Positions 1 through 9,747 of a DNA stretch of 64,000 bases are shown one piece after another. The stretch covers positions 10,254 to 74,253 of the forward strand of contig JAFGGI010000015.1 in the NCBI GenBank assembly GCA_016930635.1, given 5' to 3'. Below the pieces are notes generated by a model, which did not search any database, had not been told where the DNA came from, and saw only the letters and a program-made list of their open reading frames with translations. The stretch comes from Sedimentisphaerales bacterium (lineage in GTDB: Bacteria; Planctomycetota; Phycisphaerae; Sedimentisphaerales; UBA12454). Position numbers and translations under genes: made by a program. Position 1 is the first letter of the stretch, and every line of letters starts with the position of its first letter.

Positions 1-125
1 TTGAAGTGGTCGAGTATCGTGGCCTTGCTGTAGATATAAGCAGGGGTGCCGACCTTTTGAGCGATCTGGTCGATACTGACGTCTTCGGCGAATAATTTTC
101 CTTCTTTGTAGTTAAAAGAATCCAT
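1..125 (-). CDS. lysA: Diaminopimelate decarboxylase, N-terminal part (runs off window start)
   Basis: Manual translation from ATG at 125: MDSFNYKEGKLFAEDVSIDQIAQKVGTPAYIYSKATILDHF, a typical LysA N-terminus (GTP.YIYS). Confidence 0.85.
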   Translation of the reverse strand, partial: MDSFNYKEGKLFAEDVSIDQIAQKVGTPAYIYSKATILDHF

Positions 126-135
126 ATTTATCCTT

Positions 136-780
136 TTATTTTTTTGTTTTTGTGAGCCAGTTTAACCAATCTTCGAAACCATCGCCGGTTTTAGCAGATA
201 TTTCAAATATTTTCAAATCTTTCTTCAGCTTCAAGGCGTCTTTTTTAATCCTGTTTACGTCAAAATCGAGATGCTCCAAAAGATCAATTTTATTTATCAA
301 AAGCACATCGGCTTTTGCAAAAGCCTTTGGATATTTGGCGCATTTTTCATCACCTTCGGGGACGGAAACCAGGACGACTCTTTTTTCCTCGCCGAGGTCG
401 AAATCGGAAGGGCAGACAAGGTTGCCGACATTTTCTATTATGATGATATCAATTTGGTCAATATTTAGCGTATGTATTGCGTTTGTGACTTGGGCTGCGC
501 TTAGATGGCAGGCGCCTTTGGTTTCTATTTGGATGGCCTGGGCGCCGGTTGCACGGATCCTTTCCGCATCGAGTTGAGTCTGGAGGTCGCCTTCGATGAC
601 GGCGATGTTAACTTTGCCTTTTAACATATTGATCGTTTTTTCAAGTGTTGTAGTTTTGCCGCTTCCGGGTGAGGAAATCATATTGATACAGAGGATGTTT
701 TTATCTTTGAGGAATTTGCGATTGGCAGCGGCGCAATCTTCATTCTTTGCGAGTATTTTCTTATTTATTTTCAGTTTCAT
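136..780 (-). CDS. hypB: Hydrogenase nickel incorporation GTPase HypB
   Basis: SSPGSGKTT P-loop, IEGD, GACHL, ENVGNLVCP, NKIDL. Confidence 0.97.
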   Translation of the reverse strand: MKLKINKKILAKNEDCAAANRKFLKDKNILCINMISSPGSGKTTTLEKTINMLKGKVNIAVIEGDLQTQLDAERIRATGAQAIQIETKGACHLSAAQVTNAIHTLNIDQIDIIIIENVGNLVCPSDFDLGEEKRVVLVSVPEGDEKCAKYPKAFAKADVLLINKIDLLEHLDFDVNRIKKDALKLKKDLKIFEISAKTGDGFEDWLNWLTKTKK

Positions 781-782
781 CT

Positions 783-1127
783 TTAATCTTCTTCAAATTC
801 TATTTCTTCCAGCAGCAGCGGGGCATCTTCGCCGAGTGTGCAGTCACTTTTGCCGCATTTGGGACAGTTAGGATTATACAGGTCAAACTCGAATTCGCCA
901 GAGCAGTTTTTGCAGGTTGCTTTCAATGGTATGTGTTTTATTTCGAGTTTTGCACCCTGACAGATGGTATCGGCGGTTGCTGCTTCAAAGGCGAACTGCA
1001 TTACTTCATCGTTGAGTGCGTTTATCTGGCCGCAGCTTACAAGGACACGGGTAACTTTGCCGGGCTGGTTTTTGGCCTCAGCCAGGATGGAGTTGACAAT
1101 ATCATGTGCTACGGCAGATTCGTGCAT
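783..1127 (-). CDS. hypA: Hydrogenase nickel metallochaperone HypA
   Basis: MHE N-terminus (ATG at 1127 overlapping the hypE TGA), two CxxC motifs. Confidence 0.95.
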   Translation of the reverse strand: MHESAVAHDIVNSILAEAKNQPGKVTRVLVSCGQINALNDEVMQFAFEAATADTICQGAKLEIKHIPLKATCKNCSGEFEFDLYNPNCPKCGKSDCTLGEDAPLLLEEIEFEED

Positions 1128-2143
1128 CAGCAAATCCTCGGCAATTCTCTTCCGTAAGGCATCTGCACGATGCGCCTGCCTTTTATTTTTGTGATGAGCT
1201 CTACCAAGGGCTCATCAGATTTTATGACCTGGCCTATCAGTGCGGCATCTTTTCCGTTTTTGCAGCTTTGGCAAATTTTGAGGCAGTCATCTGCTTTTTT
1301 TTCGGATACTATTATGACAACTTTACCTTCGTTGGCGATATTCAGAATGTCAAAGCCCAGCATTTCTGCGGCCGCTCTTACGGTTGTATTTGCTGGGATG
1401 GTTTCTTCGTCTATTTCAATGCCGCAGTTTGCCTGGCCGGTAATTTCATTTAAAGTTGCCGCCAGTCCACCGCGAGTCGGGTCTCTCATAAATTTTATAT
1501 CGCTGCCGATGGATTCAATCACTTTTTCACATATCTGTGCGACTGAGGCGCAATCGCTTTTCAAATCGGATTCGAATTTCATACCTTCTCTTTGCGACAT
1601 AATGGTCATACCGTGGTCGCCGATGGTTCCGCTGATAATGATTTTATCGCTGGGAGTGATTTTGTCGAAACCGAGACTGGCTTTTGGTAATTTTACTCCC
1701 ACACCTGCGGTGTTGATGAAAATTTTATCTGCTGCACCTGCGTTCACAGTTTTTGTGTCGCCGCAGACGATAGGGGTATTTTCTTCTTTCGCAGCGGCTG
1801 AGGCACTGTTTATTATTTTTTTCAGGGTATCAATTTCCAGGCCTTCTTCGATTATCAGCGACATACTCAGTGCCAATGGCTTTGCACCGCTTACGACGAG
1901 GTCATTTATCGTGCCGCAGACGGCGAGTTTTCCGATGTCTCCGCCGTTGAAAAATAACGGCTTTATTACATAGCTGTCGGTTGTAAAGCAGATATTGTCT
2001 TTGTCGGTTGTCAGCTCGGCAGAATCGGTTAGTTTGGATAGAGTAGTATTATCAAAGGCGGGAACGATTATACTCTGGATAAGTTCGTCGGTTAGTCTGC
2101 CTCCTCCGCCGTGTGCGAGCAGTATCTTATTATTAGCGGCCAT
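1127..2143 (-). CDS. hypE: Hydrogenase maturation carbamoyl dehydratase HypE
   Basis: AHGGGG, FTTDSY, GGDIGKLAVCGTINDL, MRDPTRGG, C-terminal PRIC. Confidence 0.97.
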   Translation of the reverse strand: MAANNKILLAHGGGGRLTDELIQSIIVPAFDNTTLSKLTDSAELTTDKDNICFTTDSYVIKPLFFNGGDIGKLAVCGTINDLVVSGAKPLALSMSLIIEEGLEIDTLKKIINSASAAAKEENTPIVCGDTKTVNAGAADKIFINTAGVGVKLPKASLGFDKITPSDKIIISGTIGDHGMTIMSQREGMKFESDLKSDCASVAQICEKVIESIGSDIKFMRDPTRGGLAATLNEITGQANCGIEIDEETIPANTTVRAAAEMLGFDILNIANEGKVVIIVSEKKADDCLKICQSCKNGKDAALIGQVIKSDEPLVELITKIKGRRIVQMPYGRELPRIC

Positions 2144-3222
2144 TAGTTTTGCCTCTTCTTTCGTGTGTATTTAAACCATGCCGCACAGGCGCCTTCGCTG
2201 CTTACCATACATGGGCCTATAGGTGTGTCAGGAGTACAGCTGGTTGAGAACAATCCACAATCGGGCGGGTCCATCAGGCCGCAGAGGATTTGACCGCAGC
2301 AGCAGCCGGGTATGTCTTCTTCTGGCATGGGTTTAATATAGAGCTGTTTTTCGGCATCGATTTCGCTGAACTTTTCTTTCAGTTTTAATGTGCTGTTTTC
2401 GATATCTCCCAGTCCTCGCCAGCAGCCGGTAGTGATATCGAAAGCCTCTTCGATTATTTTTTGCGCGGTCTTATTGCCTTGTTCTGTTACAGCGGCGTGA
2501 TAGAGCGATGCGACCTGCGGGGTGTTCTCTGCGATCTGTCGGCATATCTCGGAAATAGCCTCGATGATCTGCATTGGTTCAAAGCCTGCCACGACGCAAG
2601 GCTTTTTGAATTTTTCCACGATAGGTTTATAGGCGTCGGAACCGATTATAACGCTTACGTGGCCGGGGCAGAGAAATGCATCGATTCTGTGATTTTTCTG
2701 GGTTAGCAGGGCGTTCATTGCTGGTATGACGAGTTTATGATTGCTGAATATGAGGAGATTTTTTATCTCCTGCTGTATTGCTTCGTTGGCGACTACGGCT
2801 GTGGCCGGAGCGGTTGTTGAAAAACCGACTGCAATGAAAACGACTTTTTTATCAGGATTTTCTTTTGCCAATCTTAAAGCATCTTCTGCACTTGAGACTA
2901 TTTTTATATTGCCCTTGTTACTTTTGGTTTCCAGAGAGCCTTTTTTGCCGGGTACGCGGATCATATCTCCATAGGTTGCGATCATGCAATCGTCCCTGTC
3001 GGCGATTGTTAAAACTGCATCGATATAACCCTGGTCAGTGATGCAGACCGGACAGCCCGGGCCGCTTAACAGTTTGAGTCCATCAGGGAAAGCGGTCTTG
3101 AGACCTGCGCGAAAGATACTTACTGTATGTGTGCCGCAGACCTCCATGATATTTATCTTTCGGCCGAGTGTTTTCTGTGCCCTTGCAATTTCTTTATAAG
3201 CTCTGTTAATTCTTTCGAGCAT
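2143..3222 (-). CDS. hypD: Hydrogenase formation protein HypD
   Basis: MEVCGTHT, GPGCPVC, PGHVS, GPCMVSSEGACAA. Confidence 0.97.
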   Translation of the reverse strand: MLERINRAYKEIARAQKTLGRKINIMEVCGTHTVSIFRAGLKTAFPDGLKLLSGPGCPVCITDQGYIDAVLTIADRDDCMIATYGDMIRVPGKKGSLETKSNKGNIKIVSSAEDALRLAKENPDKKVVFIAVGFSTTAPATAVVANEAIQQEIKNLLIFSNHKLVIPAMNALLTQKNHRIDAFLCPGHVSVIIGSDAYKPIVEKFKKPCVVAGFEPMQIIEAISEICRQIAENTPQVASLYHAAVTEQGNKTAQKIIEEAFDITTGCWRGLGDIENSTLKLKEKFSEIDAEKQLYIKPMPEEDIPGCCCGQILCGLMDPPDCGLFSTSCTPDTPIGPCMVSSEGACAAWFKYTRKKRQN

Positions 3223-3225
3223 TTT

Positions 3226-3468
3226 CTATCCTGAATCTGTATTATCGTTTCTGGAAAAGTTTTCCAAATCAGCCAGTAATTGCCAGGTTTTTTTTGCCTC
3301 TTCTTCATCGAGAATTGTTATAGCGAAACCTGCATGGATGAGAATAATGTCGCCGAGTTTTACGTGCGGAATGAGCGTAGTTTTAGTCTCGATGCGATTG
3401 CCCATACAATCGGCAATTGCCTCGTCGCCTTTTAATTCAATTATCCTCGCAGGTACCGCAAGGCACAT
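3226..3468 (-). CDS. hypC: HypC chaperone
   Basis: MCLAVPA N-terminus, HAGFAI. Confidence 0.97.
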   Translation of the reverse strand: MCLAVPARIIELKGDEAIADCMGNRIETKTTLIPHVKLGDIILIHAGFAITILDEEEAKKTWQLLADLENFSRNDNTDSG

Positions 3469-3471
3469 TTT

Positions 3472-5757
3472 TTATCCTTTCGCTACGGCTTTTGCTGCTA
3501 TTGCTGCCTGGCCCAGCGCGATACCGCCATCATTGCTGGGGACCGAACGGTTAAATAATACCTCGAAACCGTTATTTTGCAATAGCCCAATCAATCTTTT
3601 GGTCAAAAACCTGTTGCAAAACACCCCTCCGCTTATTGCTGTGGTATTCAGGCTGGTTTGCTTGCGGGTCTGTTTGGCCAGGGCCAGGAAAAATTGTGCT
3701 ATTGTGTTATGGAATTTTGCTGAGATGACAGATTTGTCGGATTTATCTTTTAAGATATTTTCAAGCATATTTTTGATATCGACTGTAACAATGCCGCTTT
3801 GTTCTTTCAGTTCGAAAGGATAATATTCGGTTATCTTTTCATCGGCGATTGCTTCAAATGCCATCGGCAGTTGTGCTTCGAAATTATTACGGCTCCCGAG
3901 TCCACAGATTGCGCTGGCCGCGTCGAATAATCTGCCAAGGCTGGAGGTTTGTATGGTATTTACATTTTTTTCGATCTGCTGAGTGATAGCGGATATTTTT
4001 TCTTTGTCCGGCTCGATCTGCTTTAGCAATTTATCATCAATGGGAAGATTATATTTTTTTATCAGGCCAATTACCGAGCAGATAGCTTCTTTAGCGGCTA
4101 AATCACCGCCGGGCAGCGGATAATAAGCTAATTGTCCAAAACGTTGGAAATCATCGAGCGAGGCTATCAAACATTCACAACCCCAGATAGTACCGTCTGT
4201 GCCGTAACCTGTGCCATCAGCGACAAGACCAATCACCTTTTTGTTGATATTATGTTCAGCAAGGACCGAGGCGATGTGAGCCCAGTGGTGCTGGACTTCG
4301 ATTAGTTTGTCCTTCTTTAATTTTCTGGTGTGTTGGCTCGAAAGATAACCTGGGTGCATATCGCAAACGACTACAGAAGGGTCGGCCTGAATGAGCTGCT
4401 TGAGATGATCGATAGAGCTTAACCAGTGTTTGTAAACGCTTGCATCGGCCAAATCGCCGATGTGTTCGCTGAGGATGAAACGGTTCTGTTTTACAAAGCA
4501 GAAGGTGTTTTTTAAATCCGCGCCTGCTGCGAATATATCTGTCGGGGTAGAATTTTCCAGAATAAATGCCTGGGGCACAAATCCTCTTGCACGTCTCAAT
4601 AAAACAGGATCATTTCCAATAATATGCACAATAGAATCATCAACTTGTCTGTGAATTATCCTGTTATGTATTAAAAATGCATCAGCTATATTTGCCAGTT
4701 TTTCAAAAGCCTGGTCATCTTTGCAGATCAACGGTTCATCGGAGATGTTACCGCTGGTCATTACAAGGACGTTTAACTTTTTTTCGGCAAATATAAGATG
4801 ATGCAATGGCGTATAAGGCAGCATAAAGCCGAAGGTGTTTACGTCCTGGGCAGCGGACGGAGCGATCGTATTTGGATTTTTTTTAGGCAATAAAACTATC
4901 GGGGCCTGGATACCTGTCAGCATAAGTTCTGCTGTTTTATCGACACAGGCGAACTGTTTAATCTTTTCTATATTTGCTGCCATCATTGCAAATGGTTTGC
5001 GGTCCCGCATCTTACGTTCTCGAAGATTTTGTACGGCCTGGGCATTTTCGGCATTACAGGCCAGGTGGAATCCGCCGAGCCCTTTTATCGCGAGGATCTT
5101 TCCTTCGAACAGGAGCTGGACTGTTTTCGAGATAGCTTTGTCCGAATCTGTTTCAATTTCTTTACCTTGATTATCGCAGAGTTTTATTTTCGGGCCGCAG
5201 TCAGGACAGGCCACCGGTTGAGCGTGAAAGCGTCTGTCTTCGAGATTTTCGTATTGGGCCTTGCATTTATCGCACATTGAAAAGACTGACATTGTTGTGT
5301 TTGGTCTGTCATAAGGTATTGATCTTACTATTGAATATCTCGGCCCGCAGTTAGTGCAGTTGATAAATGGATAGCGGCAGCGAAAGTCTTTTTCATTAAA
5401 CATCTCGGACAGGCAGTCTTTGCAGGTTGCGATATCAGCGGTAACTTCTGCGATTATAAAGCCTGCCGGGTCGCTTTGTTTGATTGTGAAGGTTTTTTCG
5501 CCGACGATAAGTTCGGTATCAGCTAAATCGAGAGATGTGATTTTCAATAGAGGATTTGTTTTAGGAGCTTTTTTTAGTTCGTCAACAAACTTTTTTATGT
5601 CGCCCTTTTTGCCCTGGATCTCTATTGTTACCCCCTGCGTGTAATTATAAACAAAGCCTGTCAGATACGATTCTGCAGCGAGTCTGTAAACAAAAGGCCG
5701 AAATCCTATGCCTTGTACCTGTCCCTGTACGGTAATTTTTTTTCTTATGTTCTGCAT
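3472..5757 (-). CDS. hypF: Carbamoyltransferase HypF
   Basis: GQVQGIGFRPF acylphosphatase domain, CTNCGPR and CPDCGP zinc fingers, QHHWAH, DGTGYG, NDGGIALGQ. Confidence 0.97.
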   Translation of the reverse strand: MQNIRKKITVQGQVQGIGFRPFVYRLAAESYLTGFVYNYTQGVTIEIQGKKGDIKKFVDELKKAPKTNPLLKITSLDLADTELIVGEKTFTIKQSDPAGFIIAEVTADIATCKDCLSEMFNEKDFRCRYPFINCTNCGPRYSIVRSIPYDRPNTTMSVFSMCDKCKAQYENLEDRRFHAQPVACPDCGPKIKLCDNQGKEIETDSDKAISKTVQLLFEGKILAIKGLGGFHLACNAENAQAVQNLRERKMRDRKPFAMMAANIEKIKQFACVDKTAELMLTGIQAPIVLLPKKNPNTIAPSAAQDVNTFGFMLPYTPLHHLIFAEKKLNVLVMTSGNISDEPLICKDDQAFEKLANIADAFLIHNRIIHRQVDDSIVHIIGNDPVLLRRARGFVPQAFILENSTPTDIFAAGADLKNTFCFVKQNRFILSEHIGDLADASVYKHWLSSIDHLKQLIQADPSVVVCDMHPGYLSSQHTRKLKKDKLIEVQHHWAHIASVLAEHNINKKVIGLVADGTGYGTDGTIWGCECLIASLDDFQRFGQLAYYPLPGGDLAAKEAICSVIGLIKKYNLPIDDKLLKQIEPDKEKISAITQQIEKNVNTIQTSSLGRLFDAASAICGLGSRNNFEAQLPMAFEAIADEKITEYYPFELKEQSGIVTVDIKNMLENILKDKSDKSVISAKFHNTIAQFFLALAKQTRKQTSLNTTAISGGVFCNRFLTKRLIGLLQNNGFEVLFNRSVPSNDGGIALGQAAIAAKAVAKG

Positions 5758-6419
5758 TAATCTTCTATTGTGACATGGTGTGGTAGTTTTTCAAGGGGGC
5801 AATTTTCACACCTGGCTTTTGGACGGCAAAATTCCTTGCCGATGCGAACAAGCAAAGCATGATATTCGTTAAAAAGTCTTACATTATCTTCGAGATTATC
5901 CTCGAAAAAACTTCTTAACTGTTCGTAATCACATTCCGGCTCGATTAATTGGTGTCTTGTCATAATTCTATATGTGTAGGCATCTACGACAAATACAAGG
6001 CGACCGAAGGCATAAAGCAAAATCGAATCTGCAGTTTCGGGACCGATGCCGTTTATCTCTAAAAGTTCAGCCCGCAGAGATTGGGTATCCATGGCTTCGA
6101 CTTCTTCCAGTGAGCCGTTATGGTTTTCAAAGAGCCAGTTTAAAAACGATTTTAGCCTTTTTGCCTTGATATTGTAATAGCCTGCAGGCCTGATAAGCTC
6201 GGCAAGGGCGCATTGTTCAAGTGAATAGAGTTTGTCGAGGCTCATTACAGATGCTTTTTTCAAGTTGGCGATAGCTTTTTCGACATTTTGCCAGTTTGTG
6301 TTCTGGGTCAGGATGGCACCGGTTATAATTTCATCTCTCGTATCGCCGGGCCACCAGTGCTGCGGGCCGAGGCGCTCGAATAATAACTCGTAAATATGTT
6401 TAATATTCTGAACTGTCAT
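5757..6419 (-). CDS. Endonuclease III-like HhH-GPD family protein
   Basis: WWP..AILTQNTNW.NVEKA, GIGPETADSILLYA, VVDAYT, C-terminal C-x6-C-x2-C; start could be 6440. Confidence 0.88.
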   Translation of the reverse strand: MTVQNIKHIYELLFERLGPQHWWPGDTRDEIITGAILTQNTNWQNVEKAIANLKKASVMSLDKLYSLEQCALAELIRPAGYYNIKAKRLKSFLNWLFENHNGSLEEVEAMDTQSLRAELLEINGIGPETADSILLYAFGRLVFVVDAYTYRIMTRHQLIEPECDYEQLRSFFEDNLEDNVRLFNEYHALLVRIGKEFCRPKARCENCPLEKLPHHVTIED

Positions 6420-6458
6420 ATCACTTGCAGCATTATTCAATATCTTCTTATCTGCGTC

Positions 6459-6570
6459 AACCCCGCACCTATTGTACTATACTAAAATTCGAAAAACAGG
6501 CAATTAGATAAAAAGTTTATCGAAATGGTTTAAAGTCCCGGCGTGAGCACGGAACAATAGGTGCGGGGTT
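6459..6570. repeat. MITE-like element, CCCGCACC/GGTGCGGG family, copy A
   Basis: Perfect 17-bp inverted repeat aaccccgcacctattgt (6459-6475) / acaataggtgcggggtt (6554-6570). Confidence 0.8.
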
Positions 6571-6610
6571 TTGTTTTGCCTTTTTTGGGTGGTCAGGGTA
6601 AGATTTTGAA

Positions 6611-7537
6611 ATGATGGCGACAAAAAAGTCAGATGGAACTGATAACCAATTGCAGAATATTGCCCTGGCAGCGAGGTCGGGATATTTTGTCAGAACCGCC
6701 CGGGCAGTTTATGCGATGGTCTTTCTTTTGCCTTTCATCGTCCTTTATGAAATTCTTGTTCTTATGGTCAATCCGCAGCTTCTCAATGAACCTGCAGGCA
6801 ATGTCCGCGGGGCGGTAGTGTCTTTTGTGTGGGTGCAGAATTTTCTGTATTATCTCGGTATGGATACGAAGCTGGCCTGGATTTTTGCGCCCGTTGTTAT
6901 CATTGTGATACTTTTGATGATCCAGATAGTGTCGCGGCAAAGCTGGAAGATTAATCTTAGAGATATTCCTGTTATGGCTTGTGAGTGTCTGGTCTTTGCG
7001 GTACCTCTTGTTATTCTTGCACTTGTTTTTAACAGGGTCCCAAATCAACAGGCAGCAGTTGCTGGAAATATCGACACAGTTATAACCTGTGTTGCTGATG
7101 GAAATCAACAGGATCAAACGACCGACGAAAGTCAGAAAGGGCATATCAATTCATATCGGGAAAATATGGCGATGGACCTGCTAACCGGTATAGGGGCAGG
7201 GATTTATGAAGAGTTGATCTTCAGGCTTATACTCATAGGCCTGTCGATGATATTCTTCGAGACGGTACTCGGCGTCCGCCATGTCAATGCTGTGATCATA
7301 TCGGTAGTCATATCTTCTGTGCTGTTCAGTCTTCATCATCATTTTGTATTTATCAACGGCCAATTCACAAAAACTGCAGATATGCTGACTTTAACACGGT
7401 TTGCTTTTCGTACTGTTGCGGGGATATTCTTCGCGATAATTTTTGCTATCAGAGGTTTTGGTATTGCTGCAGGTACACATGCATTTTACGATATAATCGC
7501 AACACTGTTAAATGCGCTGCTGTTTGGGCAGTGTTGA
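6611..7537 (+). CDS. CPBP (CAAX/Abi) family intramembrane metalloprotease
   Basis: Multi-TM; GAGIYEELIFR, FSLHH, GTHAFYD motifs. Confidence 0.85.
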   Translation: MMATKKSDGTDNQLQNIALAARSGYFVRTARAVYAMVFLLPFIVLYEILVLMVNPQLLNEPAGNVRGAVVSFVWVQNFLYYLGMDTKLAWIFAPVVIIVILLMIQIVSRQSWKINLRDIPVMACECLVFAVPLVILALVFNRVPNQQAAVAGNIDTVITCVADGNQQDQTTDESQKGHINSYRENMAMDLLTGIGAGIYEELIFRLILIGLSMIFFETVLGVRHVNAVIISVVISSVLFSLHHHFVFINGQFTKTADMLTLTRFAFRTVAGIFFAIIFAIRGFGIAAGTHAFYDIIATLLNALLFGQC

Positions 7538-7680
7538 GCAGGAAAAAATTTTTGACTATTAGCGGACCTTGTTAAAAAAACACAAAAATTTTTCAAATCT
7601 TTAGCTCAGCCGATTTCTGGACTTGTGTTACATTCGTCCCATAACAGTCCAAAACCGCATTATCAGTACTGGCAGAGGCC

Positions 7681-7709
7681 TTGAATCAGAAGGGTGTTTT
7701 TGATAGAAT
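7681..7709 (+). promoter_or_regulatory. Putative sigma70 promoter
   Basis: TTGAAT-17 nt-TAGAAT upstream of the DUF2617 gene. Confidence 0.55.
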
Positions 7710-7756
7710 TACAACATAACGAGTAACCAAAATTTTTTCTTAAAGTGGGATTTTTG

Positions 7757-8302
7757 ATGGATTCACCGAAAACAAATATTACTATCAGCGAATTAACTTT
7801 TGCCCTTTACCAGAGACCTCTGCATCCGGAGCTTTTCAACATCTACAAAAAGCATACTATCAAGACAGATAAGTATGAAGCGATTATCTGGGCAACAGGC
7901 GCTTCACATGTAGCGAGCGTTTTCGTTCATGATCTTTGTCTTTCGGAACTGATAAGTACACCGACACAGCTTCTGCCTCGCCGTGGCCTGATCGAGAGAT
8001 TCAGATTCACCGGCCAGAGAAGTCATAAATGCACATTGGCCAAGGGCCTGAGCTATATGATGGATTTCCAGGTCGAAAAGATGAGCGCAAATCTCTACCG
8101 TCAAAGTCATGCTGACCTTGAGAAATTTGCTCGTAACCGCGGCCTGTTCGTAAAGTTCCCGAAACTTGCTGTCGGCGGTCTTGAGCCTTTCAGCTATATT
8201 GATTTCGAGGCCAGGCAGAACGAGCTGCATATTCACACGTTCCACGCATATCCTGACCAGGTGACGATTATCAAGACTCAGTCCCTGTTCGATATGAACT
8301 AA
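7757..8302 (+). CDS. DUF2617-like protein (planctomycete conserved hypothetical)
   Basis: LYQRPLHPELF N-terminus and FHAYPD..IKTQSLF C-terminus recalled for this family. Confidence 0.75.
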   Translation: MDSPKTNITISELTFALYQRPLHPELFNIYKKHTIKTDKYEAIIWATGASHVASVFVHDLCLSELISTPTQLLPRRGLIERFRFTGQRSHKCTLAKGLSYMMDFQVEKMSANLYRQSHADLEKFARNRGLFVKFPKLAVGGLEPFSYIDFEARQNELHIHTFHAYPDQVTIIKTQSLFDMN

Positions 8303-8331
8303 ACCTATTTGCCGGCACAATTCATAAGTAA

Positions 8332-8360
8332 TTGACGCAGAGAGACAGTCTGTCTATACT
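8332..8360 (+). promoter_or_regulatory. Putative sigma70 promoter of the nucleoside transporter
   Basis: TTGACG-17 nt-TATACT. Confidence 0.65.
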
Positions 8361-8395
8361 ATTATCCGTTATTTATCCTTTTGGAGACCGGATAT

Positions 8396-9598
8396 ATGCC
8401 CAGACTGATAAGTCTCGCGGGTCTTTTGGTTATGCTGCTTTTGGCCTGGCTTGGTTCAGAAAATAAGAAAAAGATGAACTGGCGGCTGATAATCAGCGGG
8501 CTTGGCCTGCAGATTGTCCTGGCAGTTATCATCCTGTGTACCGGACCGGGCCAATATATCTTCGACAAACTCAGAATCCTTATAACAAGTCTGATCAGTT
8601 ATTCCGAAGCTGGCTCAGCATTCGTATTTGGCGAGGGTTTCAAGGAACATGCCTTTGCGTTTGCGGTTTTGCCGACAATAATTTTCGTCTCTTCCCTTAT
8701 GACGGTTCTTTTCCATCTGGGGGTTTTGCAAAAAATCGTTGAGTTTATGGCGAAGGTAATGGTTTATATTATGGATACTGCAGGCTCAGAATCTCTGGCT
8801 TCAGCGGCGAATGTTTTTTTAGGGATGGCTGAAGCTCCGTTGGTAATCAGGCCTTATATAAAGACAATGACCCGTTCTGAAATAATGGCGATGATGACCG
8901 GCGGGATGGCTACGATTTCCGGTGCCCTTTTAGTTGCTTACACAGGTTTCGGCGCAGATGCCGGGCATTTGCTTACGGCCTCGATAATATCTGCCCCCGC
9001 TGCGATGGTTATTGCCAAGATAATGGTTCCTGAAACCGAAGTTTCCCAGACCAAAGGTGTGGTCAAAGTCAAGATACCCAAAGAGGATATAAATGTTCTT
9101 GATGCTGCCTGTCGGGGCGCTATTGACGGTGCCAAGCTGGCCATCAGTATTGCCGCTGTGCTGATATGCTTCATAGCTTTTGTTGCCCTTATAAATGGTG
9201 TGCTTGATAAGGCTCTGCCGGACCTGGACGGTCAGCCTTTTACGCTCGAAAGGATTCTTGGCTGGTTCTGCTCGCCTCTGGCATGGATTATGGGTGTTGA
9301 GTGGAAAGATGCCCTGGTAGTCGGCGAGATCCTGGGCAAAAGAACGGTGCTCAATGAATTTATTGCTTATCTTGACCTTGCCAGGGTCAAAGATGTGATC
9401 TCGCCCCGTTCATTTGCGATAACAACATATGCTCTTTGCGGCTTTGCTAATTTGGGTTCGATAGCAATTCTTATCGGGGGTTTGAGTACACTTGTGCCGG
9501 AAAGACGAAAAGAGTTTGCTACTCTTGGTTTCAAATCGATGATAGCCGGCATGCTTGCCTGTTTTATGACCGCTACGATCGCGGGGATTCTTGTATAG
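8396..9598 (+). CDS. nupC: Concentrative nucleoside transporter (CNT/NupC family)
   Basis: FAFAVLPTIIF, GSESL..AANVFLG..EAPL, MTGGMATI, NEFIAY, YALCGFAN; GGAG upstream of ATG 8396. Confidence 0.92.
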   Translation: MPRLISLAGLLVMLLLAWLGSENKKKMNWRLIISGLGLQIVLAVIILCTGPGQYIFDKLRILITSLISYSEAGSAFVFGEGFKEHAFAFAVLPTIIFVSSLMTVLFHLGVLQKIVEFMAKVMVYIMDTAGSESLASAANVFLGMAEAPLVIRPYIKTMTRSEIMAMMTGGMATISGALLVAYTGFGADAGHLLTASIISAPAAMVIAKIMVPETEVSQTKGVVKVKIPKEDINVLDAACRGAIDGAKLAISIAAVLICFIAFVALINGVLDKALPDLDGQPFTLERILGWFCSPLAWIMGVEWKDALVVGEILGKRTVLNEFIAYLDLARVKDVISPRSFAITTYALCGFANLGSIAILIGGLSTLVPERRKEFATLGFKSMIAGMLACFMTATIAGILV

Positions 9599-9641
9599 GA
9601 AGTACATTAAATAAGGAAATAGAGAAGCAAAGAATAGTTAT

Positions 9642-9727
9642 GTCATTCGTCCATCGGTTGCGAGGCTCGTTTCGTTTTTCGTGAAGACGTTATACGGATA
9701 ATTCAGCTTTGACGAGCGGCGTAACCG
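9642..9727. repeat. Imperfect palindromic element, CGGTTGCG/CGCAACCG family
   Basis: Arms cggttgcg-ag-gctcgt (9655) and acgagc-gg-cgtaaccg (to 9727); same arms recur at 19080-19170. Confidence 0.7.
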
Positions 9728-9747
9728 CAACTGTTTAACGATTATCC

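Noticed and set aside
1170-1973. 267-aa plus-strand ORF and similar antisense ORFs (e.g. 51062-51643, 63626-63988)
   Set aside because: Overlap well-supported genes on the opposite strand and have no recognisable motifs
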